The notes beneath the pieces are model-generated. The model saw nothing but the letters and a program-made list of their open reading frames with translations, did no database searches and had not been told where the DNA came from. Below, in pieces: positions 1 to 13,367 of a DNA stretch of 64,000 nt (position 1 is the first letter of the stretch; each line of letters begins with the position of its first letter). The stretch lies in assembly GCF_006345805.1 (NCBI RefSeq), contig NC_043019.1, positions 9,733,360-9,797,359 of the forward strand. The letters are read 5' to 3'. Source of the stretch: Octopus sinensis. Its lineage: Eukaryota. The position numbers were made by a program, and so were the translations under genes.

Positions 1-520
1 AGGCCAGTCCTCTTTATCAGAGGCAGTGACCTTAATGCTTCTGCTGTGGACAACAAGTTTTCTTGAGTACAGCTAGGTGCCAGATAGCACAGTTGTTTGT
101 CATCTCCCCCAAAAGGTCCAGTATCCAGTACTTCAGTACTTCATCCCATATCTTCCTGGGTCTCCCTCTATGAGTTCCATCCACATTCAGTAATCAGCAC
201 TTCCTTATGGAGCTGTCAACATCCTATACTAGTTTGCTTATATGACACACACACACACACACACACACATATATTTACTACAAAATAGGAAAAATGTATA
301 CAATAAAATTTGTGTGTGTGTGTGTGTGTGAAAGATACTATAATGGCCTCTGCTCCTTGAAGTTGACTTATCTCATACCTCCACTCGGGCACTGCCAACC
401 TACTTGACTCTTCCCCTTTCATCCTCTTGGTGCATCCAGCTCCTTTCTCTTTACTTTGTCTTTGCTGTGGATGTTGACCAGCAGCAATTTAATGAGAGCA
501 TTAATTGTCTCAGCCGCGCA
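1..520 (-). mobile_element. degenerate RTE-type LINE relic(s)
   Basis: The minus strand gives an EGTHRGRPRKIWDEVLK-like peptide (compare EGTCGRGRPRKTWDEVVKH in ORF 41052..41312). The 330-520 part may be endonuclease-like (less certain). Confidence 0.5.
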
Positions 521-2445
521 AGTCTCGGGGCCAAAAAGCCTGATAGACTCTACACTTTCATCCAGACTCAGCAAGTAAAACAAGAAAATATAAATGGGTT
601 TTTTTTCTTTCTTGTTTTCTTTCTTTCATTTCTCAATATTATACTAAAATATGAATTCCTGCCTATTCCCTAGAATGCAATAAGATGTGACAGAAGTAGG
701 GAAGGGAATTGCAGAAACTTGAAGCACGGAACAAATACAAGAGAGAGAAAATATGAATTGGTCAATGAACTTATTGTGACATCCATATGATTAGACAGAC
801 CTCAAATAACAGTTTCAGTAACTGATCTTTTGTGATGGGAATCTTTTTTCTAATAGGAATTATTATTTATAGTTAGAGTGTAAAATTTGAAAAATCACTA
901 CTGTTGGACTATTTCTTACATAACTATAAAATAATTTTGGAATTATAGTCCCTGCAGAGAATATATTGTAATAAGCAAAGGACAATTATTTCAACATAGT
1001 TTGGTCTCTTCCAGCATCAGTACAATCAGATTCAAACTTGTTCTCTCAGACTGAATTTTTCTGAGTCATTACATGTAATAAATCACCTGATGGTGTAGAT
1101 TTGGTATTAAATCACCTGATGGTGTCAATTTGGTAATTGGTATTTGTAAAACCATTTTTAATACCTCATTCATGTAAATTCTTAATACCTTGTTTTAGTC
1201 TTATTTTTTTACATTTGAAACCCAAATCCTTTTTAAGTCAGTAAACTAAAATAGATGCCATCAGTATACTGCTATCCGTTATACAACATCATATCTGGCT
1301 AAGACCATGAAGAAATTATTTTAAAAAGTGAGTGGGACAATCCTATTGTAACCATTTTGTCCTGTTATCTAATTTTCAATTTATCAATTACACTTAAATC
1401 AAACAGTAATTTATCAATAACTGTAAGTTTAGAGATATTTTGCTACTATTTTAAGGTAAGCCAGTGACCATGAAGAGGCCTCCTCAGTGGCATTTGAGAA
1501 TTGATTGCTTTTTGACAGATATATAATTGCTGGTGACAGGATATGAACAACTGCTCATTTAGTTATTTCTCCTGAAACTTAACATAGCACCCTGTCTCCT
1601 CAGACTATTCCTGAAATCTGACTTAACATAATTGCCCAGACCTCTATGCTGAGGTGAGGAGGATGATATATTTTGACATTCATCACAATAGACAAAGATG
1701 TAGTTCGCTGGTGAGCTGAACCCAAAACGTTTTCTTTTGTTTCCAACTTGAACTATTTTAATTCATCTAGGTCACTTAGTGACTTTGGGAGTTGTGACTA
1801 GAAAATTTGCAGTCAAATGCTGGAGTCAGTCTCATTGACCATATACTCCCCACATATTTTGGTCCTGTTAGAAACTATTGTTAATTTGTGGGACAAGATA
1901 GAATTGGTAGCACCCCTGATGAAGTGATTTGTAGGCTTTTTTTAGTACTTTCTGAGTTCAAATCACACTATAGTCAATTTTGTTTTTTATTCTTCAGAGA
2001 TCAATTACAGGAATCAGTTTAACTGATGTTAGAAATTAATTCTTGTTAGAAATTATTCTCAACAACTCATTTTTTTTTGTTCCTATAATTTGTTGTCAAA
2101 TCATTTTCCAAGGACAGAACAAGTCAAGTTACAAACAGAATGCTTTACCAGAATAAATATCAGTGATAAAGTTGTTCCACTTCAGTCAACTGTATTCCCT
2201 GCCAAGTTGGCTTTGAGCTTAATTATAAGAAAATCATAATTCTACTCATCACTTCAATTAACATCATCACCATCATTAATAATTTATTTCAGTCAACAGG
2301 GAATTGAGAGAAACTGTAAAGAAAACTAAAGTGTTGTAATATTTGCATTGTTTAAGGTGGTGAGCTGGCAGAATCATTCATTGAAATTTCTGGCCTTGTG
2401 CAAAAATAAGAAAAGAATATTTGCACTGATAGTTCCACTCTTCTT

Positions 2446-2477
<32 letters not shown>

Positions 2478-2646
2478 TGAAGGAAAAGCAACAACAAGAT
2501 AAATAAATACAATATTCTCAAAAATATGTTCAGCAAGGTTCTTAGCACTAAAACAGCACAACATCCAAGATACACATACACACACGCGCGTGTGTGTGTG
2601 TGCATAGATATAAACAACTGTATTTTGAAATATTCAAATTTATTAC

Positions 2647-2683
<37 letters not shown>

Positions 2684-3156
2684 TTATTGTGGTGGTGGTG
2701 GTGGAGGTGGTGGAGGTGGAGCTAGAAACAGTTATTATCATTATTATTATTATTAAAATCCTACTGAACTCAAATGTTACTTTCATTCAATCATAGTGAG
2801 GACCAGCATCAGTGAAATTTATTATCCACTCCCATAAAATTTGCAGCCATGTACTTTTGTTATTTTTACTATGAAGTTATTAAAACAGGGGGCATTTTGA
2901 TTTTTCTCCGGCATGTTTTTACAGGGATATCAAAATGCTTTGTTAAAAGTGATGGGAAAACCAGGCAAAAATTGTGTAAGTAGCCCTCCTAGCAACAATG
3001 AAAAGTATGAACACCTAGCTTCATTGCCTGAGGGACAGTGTTTCACCTTATCAATAGATATATATACACATAAGTATACGTATATATTGATAAAAATCAA
3101 AAGAATATAATTTAAAAAAATCAATCAAATCTGCACTTGAACTGTATGCATTTACC

Positions 3157-3187
<31 letters not shown>

Positions 3188-3647
3188 ATATATATATATG
3201 CGCTGTGATTTGTTATATATAGCCATATATACACACACATATACATATGTGCATGATTGTATGTATGTATTAGGATATTGTATAAATTTATACATACAAT
3301 GTGTTTGTATATATATATGGATGTGTGTGTATGTGTGTGTGTGTATATATATATATCAATCAAAGTATGTGTGTCTGAATATATGCATAAATGTGTGTGT
3401 GTTAAAATCTTACATAATGCAATTACTAATTGATGCATAGCAAATTAAATTCTGTTTTCACTAACTTCTGCATGAATTGATTCAAATAATGCTGTAAAAC
3501 ATTGGTTAACATCCTCTTAGATGTAAGATACATATAAAACATAGAATCCAAAAAATCAAAAGGAGCAACTCAAATAAACCTTGTCACTTAACTGAACATT
3601 CAGAATTAGGACTACAACTGACAACAGCATTGGTGAGATGCTCAAGA

Positions 3648-3692
<45 letters not shown>

Positions 3693-4500
3693 TATTAGAG
3701 GTGACTCCAGGTCATCAGTATCACTCAGGCTTATCACAGATTTAGTCACTAGGGTTGATCACAGATTTCACATAAGACACATGCCTGTTCGAAGAATTTC
3801 ACGCTTTCCCGCAATATTTCTAGCCCCAAATGGCTTATTTTTTATATCTAGCACTATGTCTTTCTCCATTTCAAAGTTAAGGGTAAAACTTAGGCAACCC
3901 TGCAAAACACAACTGATTTTTACACACAGACGATCAGCAATGAAATAACGACAGCTGAGTGCACAACAAACATCAGTGATCTGACTCTCGCCTGTACTCT
4001 TGACAAGAGATGCCAGTTAGTCTTTTTCATCTACCATACTCGTTCTAATTAGTCCAAGCTGCTAGATAATTTTTGATCCTGTGATATTATAGAACAGAAA
4101 ATTTATATAGATTGGAATTTAAATCCTATAAAAATTTGTTGTTTCCAGAAAACATTGAATTTGAATAATATTTTAATTTTTATGATTATAGATAACAACT
4201 ACGGCAATAACTTCTGAGCCCAAGTCAGGCTTGTGTGAATGATGTCAAGAGAACATCTGCTACAAATATTTTTTTTGAGACAGGGCACTGCTAAGACATT
4301 CACCAGACACTGAACCAAAATATATGAACTGCAACCAGACTCAATAGAAGGAGCCAGATTTATTGGCTGAAATAACATATTTGAAGTCAGTGTTGGCAGA
4401 AATTAAATCAGCTAGCAAATATATGTTCACTTCATTAAATTTATACTTGGGCTACGCCTAAACAGCCCACCTGCTGGAGTTGCTACTGATATATATATAT

Positions 4501-4653
4501 ATTCAATAATATAAGGAATGGCCCTGATAGGACATTCGACTCACTAGGAAGAGCAGCCAAACTCAAACCGCTAAACTATTTAGCGGTTTGAGTTTGGCTG
4601 CTCTTTCTAGTGAGTCGAATGGCCTATCAGGGCCATTCCTTATATTGTTGAAT
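4501..4653. repeat. 75-bp-arm inverted repeat (fold-back) with 3-nt loop
   Basis: Arms 4501-4575 and 4579-4653 differ at only 3 positions; loop cta. Confidence 0.95.
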
Positions 4654-4837
4654 GTATATTATATAGTCTTTGACTATCTTTTCTTTCTCACTAGACCACT
4701 GGTAGCGGAGAATTTTTTCTAGAATTTTCTAGAATTTTGCTACCCTTATATTTATTAATATATTTATTAATATATTTATTAATATATTAATATATATATA
4801 TATATATATATTCACAAAATATATATATATTCACATG

Positions 4838-4869
<32 letters not shown>

Positions 4870-5004
4870 ACAATACAAATTGATTATATATAGTTATTTC
4901 ATAGTTGAATAGTTATTATATATATATATATATATATAAATATATTCATACATATGTGCATATATATACATATATAGATATATATATATATATGCATATA
5001 TAGA

Positions 5005-5220
5005 AACATCATTGTTTAACATCAGTTTTCCATACATGCATGGGTTGGATGGTTCACAGGAGCCAGCCAGGTAGAAAACTACTTTGGCAGGGTTTTTACA
5101 GCTAGATGCCCTTCCTAACACCATCACCCTGCAGAGTGGGCTCAGCACATTTTATGTGACACTAGCACAGGTAAAGTTAGTTTTGGCATGATTTTTACAG
5201 CAGGATGCCCTTCCAAATGC
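5005..5220 (-). mobile_element. two degenerate RTE 3'-UTR/tail copies
   Basis: atcattgtttaac...catgggttggatgg and ggatgcccttcc motifs shared with the 3' end of the LINE at 40462. Confidence 0.7.
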
Positions 5221-5224
5221 ATAT

Positions 5225-5613
5225 ATACCAGTGTCTGTGGTACGTAAGAGAACCATCCGAACATAGCCGTTGCCAGCGCCGCCCCAACTGACCTCGTGCC
5301 GGTGGCACATAAAAAGCACCATCCGATCGTGGCTGTTGCCAGCCACGCCTGGCCCCCGTGCCGGTGGTACGTAAAAAGCACCATCCGATCGTGACCATTT
5401 GCCAGCCTCATCTGGTACCTGTGCCGGTGGCACGTAAAAAGCACCCACTACACTCACGGAGTGGTTGGCGTTAGGAAGGGCATCCAGCTGTAGAAACATT
5501 GCCAGATCAGACTGGGCCTGGTGCAGCCTTCTGGCTTCCCAGAACCCAGTTGAACCGTCCAACCCATGCTACCATGGAAAGCGGACACTAAATGATGATG
5601 ATGATGATGATGA

Positions 5614-5617
<4 letters not shown>
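5225..5617 (+). mobile_element. young RTE LINE 3' UTR ending in (GAT)n
   Basis: Close to the reverse complement of 40470-40860; internal gtgccggtggcacgtaaaaagcacc subrepeats; GAT tail. Confidence 0.9.
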
Positions 5618-5651
<34 letters not shown>

Positions 5652-5687
5652 ATGCATATACATAGATATAAGTATGCATGTATGTGT

Positions 5688-5731
<44 letters not shown>

Positions 5732-5736
<5 letters not shown>

Positions 5737-6130
5737 TTCTCAAAAACTGAAATTGAAGAAAGGAGTTCCAGTCATGCTTTTGAGAAATCTGGATCCTACA
5801 AAGTTGTGCAATGGAACAAGACTTATTCTAAGGCAAATGTGTCCACATCTTTTGGAAACAATAATCCTCACTGGAAAAGGAAAGGGAGAAAATGTGTTTA
5901 TCCCAAAAATTCCACTGATTCCAGCAGACATGAGCTTTGAATTCAAGTGATTCAATTTCCAGTAAGAATTAGTTTTGCAATGTCAGTTAACACGAGTTAA
6001 GAACATTTTACTGAAAATTGTTGGACTTCTCCTCATGCAGCAGTACTTTTCCCATAGTCAATTCTATGTTGGTTCCAAAGCTGGAAATAGCAACAATCTC
6101 TTCATACTCATACGAAATAGTAAAATCAAG
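5732..6130 (+). mobile_element. Helitron-type PIF1 helicase C-terminal fragment (pseudogenised)
   Basis: [27 protein letters not shown]...[16 protein letters not shown], then QFPVRISFAMS and FSHSQFYV, with stops and frameshifts. Confidence 0.9.
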
Positions 6131-6411
6131 AGTTCCTTTATCTTGCTGCTTTACAGTGATCTCCAGTTGTCACTGTGATACAAAAGTCTCCAAATGTGAT
6201 ACTCTGTGATATAAATCTGAGATGGTAGGGGAGCAATAAATAGTTTATTATTATTGGTCTCCTTAGTTTTGGGCTGCAGGTACAATTAGACCTCTGCAGG
6301 AGCTAGCTTAAAAGCATGGAGTGCAGATAATGTGGTGGATAATATCTATCTATCTAGATAGATAGATTGATAGATAGATAGATAGACAGATAGATAGATA
6401 AACATATATGT

Positions 6412-6468
<57 letters not shown>

Positions 6469-6525
6469 TATGCATATAATATATATGCATATATAATATA
6501 TATACATATATATATATATATAAAT

Positions 6526-6895
6526 AAATAAATGAAAGAATGGAGTTGAACGACGAATTAACAAAATTCCTTTATTTTTTGTTCATCTTGATGCTGACAT
6601 AAGTTCCTTGTTTTTCCTGATGAGAAGGCGGCATAATGCACCCCTTATTCCTTCGAAATTAGGAATATGCAGCCTTCGAAACATATGTCGAGAATAAAGG
6701 AATTTTGTTAATTCGTCGTTCAACTCCATTCTTTCATTTATTTGTATTAAAAAAACACACAAATTTCCACACAAAAGCACGTGATCTCTGCCCTTGGCAT
6801 GTAGCTTCAACTGTGTTTTTCTGACGTGAATTTGCTACCCAGGTATCGGTTAACCGAATTATCCTTAATAAGATAATTCATTCAACTACTCAAAT
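6526..6895 (+). mobile_element. Penelope-like element terminus with perfect 51-bp inverted repeat (6526-6576 / 6693-6743)
   Basis: Arms are exact reverse complements and enclose a hammerhead motif; bounded by (TA)n. A related copy without the ribozyme is at 44765-44910. Confidence 0.7.
6601..6705 (+). ncRNA. type I hammerhead ribozyme with palindromic stem III
   Basis: CTGATGA 6617-6623; stem II GAAGGC/GCCTTC; GAAA 6678-6681; ACATATGT; GTC triplet (cut after 6689). Stem I aagttcctt-gt-ttttc pairs with gagaa-ta-aaggaattt. Confidence 0.85.
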
Positions 6896-6973
6896 ATATA
6901 TATATATATATATATATGTATATGGAAAAAGGTCAAGATAGAAAATGTTAAAACAATTTTATAAAAAACATTT

Positions 6974-7009
6974 CAGTACCGGTTTCAGTCATTGAGACTT
7001 TTTCAACTG
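6974..7009 (-). ncRNA. minimal hammerhead with U3-A8 variant core, in a Penelope-like terminus (about 6915-7155)
   Basis: Minus strand: cag TTGAAAA agtc-tcaat-gact GAAA ccgg TA ctg. Confidence 0.6.
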
Positions 7010-7554
7010 TGAGTATGGAAAACAATTAAATTTGGAAAAATTAAAAGAAAAGATTTTTTGAAAGAATATTTGCATAGTGTTCAAATACAAGTGGCATTTT
7101 CCTTCTTTCTGCCTGTCTCTGTCTCTCTTCTTTACTCTTGTGGGTTTGAGGTCGTATATATATATATATATATATAAATAAATGTGTGTGTGTATTTATG
7201 TATATATATATATATATATCCATATATGCATATTTATATTATGTGTGTGTATGCATATATATATATATAAATATATAACAACTAAAATTATGTACAGAAA
7301 AAAATTATATCCGTACTTTAGATCTCACCTCATAAATCCAACAATTGTTTCAATTGCATTAACATGTATTTTTGTTGCTTCTTACCACTGCTTCAATCGC
7401 TGAAGTTCAATAAGTAAATCAGTGGAGATGAAAACATTGAGTGTGTTAGTTAATAAGGTATTAAAATAGAATGACTCTCCCCATATACAATAAAATATAC
7501 TTCAACACACGAATTCACAGAATCTTGCAAACCACCTACAGTATATATATATGC

Positions 7555-7995
7555 ATATCATCATCATCATCATCATTTAACGTCTGTCTTCCATGCTAGC
7601 ATGGGTAGAACTGCTAGCATGATCCATATATATATATATGTATGCATGTTGGATTAAAAGATTGCGTACGCCCATATTTTCCTAATACTTTATTTATCTA
7701 TTTATTTAATTATATATGTATATCATCATCATCCTCATCATCATCATCGTTTAAAGTCCCTTTTCCATGCTGGCATGGGTTGGACGATTCGGCTAGGTGT
7801 CTGGGAAGCCAGGAGGCTGCACCAGGCTCCAATCTGATCAGGAAGTGTTTTCAACAGCCGGATGCCCTTCCTAATGCCAACCACTCTGAGAGTGTAGTGA
7901 GTGCTTTTTACACCCCACCAACATGGGAACCAGAGGGGGCTGACATCGACCATGTTTGGATGGTGCTTTTCACCAGCATGAGAACCAGCACTACC
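7555..7995 (-). mobile_element. two RTE 3'-tail copies (7555-7625, 7722-7995)
   Basis: (ATC)n followed by ttccatgct(a/g)gcatgggt and, in the longer copy, ggatgcccttcctaatgccaacc. Confidence 0.85.
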
Positions 7996-8029
7996 TCCTT
8001 TTGACCCAGGGCAGCACTACCTCCTCCGG

Positions 8030-8836
8030 GCACTTAATGTAGGCCTGTGTTGACTCTGAGGCCATGTGGGAAGATGAATGGAGGCATAACATCACCATCA
8101 CTGGTGATCACTCCAAACACCATGATATTGACTGGATGTTTGATTTTTATCACTTGATGTACATATTTTAGGGTCACAGCCAACCAATGGTTGTTCTGTG
8201 TGTTCACCATCTGATCCTGGCAGAAATTTTTCTCATCTGAGAAAAACCAAGAAATGTTTGATTAGAGAAGATGCATGAATTTATTCAAAAGCTTTCCAGC
8301 ACAGTCTTTCCTCTCATGCTTGATAGCTTGGGCTAAAAATTAGTCCTTTCTCTTCTTGTATGAGGAATACTGAATGTCTTCATGCACCACCTGCCTGATA
8401 AGAAACTCAGATACTCCCATGTCCTTGGAGATTGACCTGATTGACTTGGTTGGATCGTTGTCAGTCATGGCCTGGATCTCACCAACAAATTCAGGAGTTT
8501 TTTCTCATCAAAACGATCTGAATGAGTTTTCTGAGTTGCCGTACCTTCGTAATCATCATTAGACTCATACAACTTTTTCTGAGTCGTCTGCACTTTCCTC
8601 AGATTGAGTCCCAAACACTGATATTTTCGTATTGGAGCTTCGGGCATGAATGCCAAGCAGTACAGCATATCGTTTCCAAATTTCTGACAGAGTGAATTGT
8701 GTCATGGTGTTGTTTTTCTCATAGATGGGGCCCAACTCACACTACTATATTGTATAGTTGCACAAAATCAAAAACAAACAATGTGCATGTGTGAAATTAA
8801 AAATAAATAATGGTGACAATTTACCCATTGCACCCT
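8030..8836 (-). mobile_element. Tc1/mariner-superfamily transposase relic, N-terminal half
   Basis: Minus strand EKTPEFVGEIQAMTDNDPTKSIRSISKDMGVSEFLIRQVVHEDI (HTH-like) with many stops; terminus ...ttgcacccta next to (TA)n. Confidence 0.7.
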
Positions 8837-8845
8837 ATATGTATG

Positions 8846-8889
<44 letters not shown>

Positions 8890-8892
<3 letters not shown>

Positions 8893-9640
8893 TGGGTCAT
8901 CCCATGGATAATGTGATTTTTTTAATGCATCTTTTATTTTTCAAAATTGAGATAAACAAATTTCTTTTTTTAATCTAAATTGCACTCTCCTTCATTTTCT
9001 ACAATGCTCTTCCATCTATCTCATAGATTCGCAAGGTCCCTCTTCCAAATTTCACTTGTCTGGGATGAAAAATATCCTCCAGTACTCTTCTGACCTCATC
9101 TACAGAATTCATATTTTTTCTGTCCAAATGATTTTGAAGACTTCAGAATAAATGATAATCAGATAAGGCAATTTCCAGCAAATATAGTGGGTCAGGCATC
9201 ATTTCCCATTCAAACTGCTCCACCCTTTGGAATGTCATCTTCGCTGTATGTGACCAAGCATTATCCTGATGGAAGAAGACTTTTCATCTTTAAACCAATG
9301 ATGATCGTTTTTCTTCTAGGGCTGACTTGAATGACTGGTTGAATGATTTTGTTCCACCAGGGTTTGCAGGATGTCCTTGCCAAGCTCTACAGATCTTCCA
9401 GGACAAGGCTCATCTGCTAGGATCTGCTAGAAATGTCTGGAACCACTGTTGACACTGGCTTATGCTTGTTGATAGATTTCTATATACTGCATTAATATTC
9501 CTCGCTCTTTTCGTAATGTTCTTGCCTTTATTGAACTCATAAAACAAAATATGCTGAATATGTTCCTACGTCTCTTCCATTATAGCTTTGAAAAATAACT
9601 GTGAAAATCAAACTGCACTCTGCAAAACTTACACTAAGAA
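8890..9640 (-). mobile_element. mariner transposase relic, catalytic C-terminal part
   Basis: Minus strand VFFHQDNAWSHTAKMT...WEMMPDPLY...LSDYHLF*SLQNHL matches mariner HDNARPH / YSPDLAPSDYHLF motifs. Confidence 0.85.
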
Positions 9641-9677
9641 TAAGTACAAGATAAAATTATTTCTTGTTTTATAGCAA

Positions 9678-10775
<1,098 letters not shown>

Positions 10776-10874
10776 CATTTTAAAACTGTCGTAATATGTA
10801 CAACATTTAATAAAATGATGTAGTATGAAACGATCGTACCAAATTACCGAAGTTATTCTTGTTGCTTATTTTGA

Positions 10875-12568
10875 TTCGGCCATTATTGGCCCAGGCCATG
10901 TCTAACTTAATAGCACCACCTGGTGAAGTCTTTCAAGTCAGAATTTGGGCACTATGGCCCACTCAAGTAGAGAGTTATTGTTTACAGAGACATATCCGGG
11001 TGTAGGGGGTTTATCCGGGATTTCTTGAAGGAATCTGTCCAAAGACTTCTTGAACCCTATAGGGTCTGTTTCTGTTTTAATGTGTTTTGGTGTAATGTTA
11101 AAGAGAGCGGGGCCAATTGAGGTGAAATAATTATGCCGTATTGTTGTTATGAGATGAGAGTGCGATTTTTGTTTTGGGCGGATGGCACGGGGCCCAAGCC
11201 TTGGATGCACCTTAAAGGTGATGCCAACATCATTTGGGCAATGCTGATGGAATATTTTCCACATCATGCAGATGATGTAGCGCTCACGGCGACGTTGGAG
11301 AGAATAAAGTTTTAGCTTTTCTAGTCGACCCCAATAGTCGAGGCCTGTCATGCCATCTATCTTTTTTGTGATTGCCCTTTGAGGTGCTTCAACTTTTATG
11401 ATACTTTGTTTTGTGTGGGGAGACCACAGTGGACAACAGTATTCAAGGTGGGGTCGGGCAAAAGTGGAGAAGAGAAGGATAATGGTGTGGATATCTCTCG
11501 ACTGGAAAGTTCTGAGAATCCAGGAACACATTCTGTGGGCCATGTCAACTTTGGTGTTTATATGAGTGGCCCAGCTTATGTTGTTGTCCACAATTACTCC
11601 CAAGTCTCTGATGTTGTTGGATGCCTCGAGAGTTTCACCTGAAGGAAGGGAGTATGGGAGTTTCAGGGCATCCTCTTTTCCAAAGTGGATTAACTCAAAT
11701 TTATCCTCGTTTAGCAGCATATTGTTTTTTTCTGCCCATTGGATAACAGCCAGTAGATCTGACTGAAGGCATGTCCGGTCACTCGCCTCATTTATGACCT
11801 TCTGTAGCTTGGAATCATCTGCAAAGATTTTTATGTTGCTGTGCTTGATGATGTCATTAATGTCATTAATGTAGATGATGAAAAGAAGTGGGCCCAGCAC
11901 AGTGCCTTGTGGAACGCCACTACTGACTTTGGCTGGGCTTGATTTTACCCCTTCAACTACAACATGTTGAGATCTGTCTGTCAGGAAACACTTGATCCAT
12001 TTCAGTAACTTTCCAGAGACACCAATGTTGGATAGTTTTTCAATAGGATCTTGTGATCAACCCTGTCGAAGGCCTTGCTGAAATCAAGGTAGATGACATC
12101 GGTGTTGGAGCCCTCTCCCAAAGTTCTCAAAATGTCATCAAAGTGATGCAGGAGATGCGTTAGGCAGTCCCTTCCATTACGGAACCCATGTTGGTTAGAG
12201 ATCAGCCGTCTGTTGCTTTCCAGAAATTGGGTTATTCGAGATCTCACCACCCTCTCAAATACCTTGATGATATGAGAGGTGAGTGAGATCGGACGGTAGT
12301 TCACTGCGAGGGACTTGTTTCCTTTTTTGAAAACTGGGACAGAAGGTTTTTTGGAATATAGCCAGCATCCAGTGAGTTTCTCCACAGATTAGCAAGGGGA
12401 GATGCAAGTTGGTGTCGACACACCTTCAGGACACAAGCAGGGAACCTATCGGGGCCTACTGCTGAATTGTGTTTTATTTCGGTTATTGCCGCTAAGACAT
12501 CAGGGGCACCAAACGTTATGTCCGATATAGTGTGTTGGGGTTGACATCACTGATACAGTGATGTCAAC
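10875..12568 (-). mobile_element. 5'-truncated CR1-like LINE (RT domain to 3' end)
   Basis: ORFs 12002..12385 (NYRPISLTS, QHGFR, LDFSKAFD) and 10938..11900 (LGPLLFIIYIND, FADD, LYSLQRRRERY). Confidence 0.95.
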
Positions 12569-13303
12569 ATATATATATGCATATATATACACATATATAT
12601 ATGCATATGTATATATACATAAATAATATTGAAATTTCTTCTGTTCTGCAAGTAGTTTGTGATATCTTAGGCAAGGATCTTTGCAAGCAGAGAAAAATTT
12701 TCCAATCTTCATGTTTTAATATCTGAACACGTTGAGTTGGTCAGTGCTCTTCTAGGCTAAAAGAAAACTTTCTACTATTTTTAAAGAAGGACTGTTTTAG
12801 CAATTTCAGAAACTTCATTTCCATTGGCACTAATACTGAGGCAAATTCTAAACTTGGTTAATAGAAGCAATTTTTTCCAATCCAGCCCAACACTAGTCTT
12901 CTTGGATTTGAGTGTTTTGTGTCTATATATATATATACACAGCACACACATACACACACAAACACACACACACACACATGCACACACGTGTGCATGTATG
13001 TATGCATGTACTCTCTCATATATATAGAGAGAGAGAAATACACATTCGATAACAGATATAAAATCGTGTATGTATGTGTAATATATAAATGAATATATAC
13101 ACACATATCTGCATACCAATATATGCGTATTTATTTACTATCACACACATGCATGCACACGGGTGGTCGTGTGTGTGTTTGTGTGTGTGTATGTATGTAT
13201 GCATGTGTGTTTGTGTGTGTGTGTGTGTGTAAAATAGGACTGCCAGTGTGTCTTTTTTGTTGCTGTTTTGTTTGTTTGTTTTTTCATTTGTTTTTCCATA
13301 TAG

Positions 13304-13367
13304 AGTTGCACCTCACATTTCACACCTCACATGCACAAGTCACGTTTGTTCACACCTTGCAAATAAA
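13304..13367 (+). other. candidate truncating (alternative last or poison) exon rich in CAC motifs
   Basis: About 50-nt U-rich tract ending ccatatag. Phase-0 reading SCTSHFTPHMHKSRLFTPCK* (TAA 13364-13366); AATAAA at 13362-13367; 9 CAC in 47 nt. Confidence 0.4.

Noticed and set aside
1081-1138. Two 29-nt direct repeats (aatcacctgatggtgt...)
   Set aside because: A simple local tandem duplication with no spacer; not CRISPR-like. No CRISPR array is seen in the window.
11133-11766. Plus-strand ORFs at 11133, 11379 and 11566 (also 41656, 42019, 42698, 43664)
   Set aside because: They are antisense shadows of LINE ORFs.
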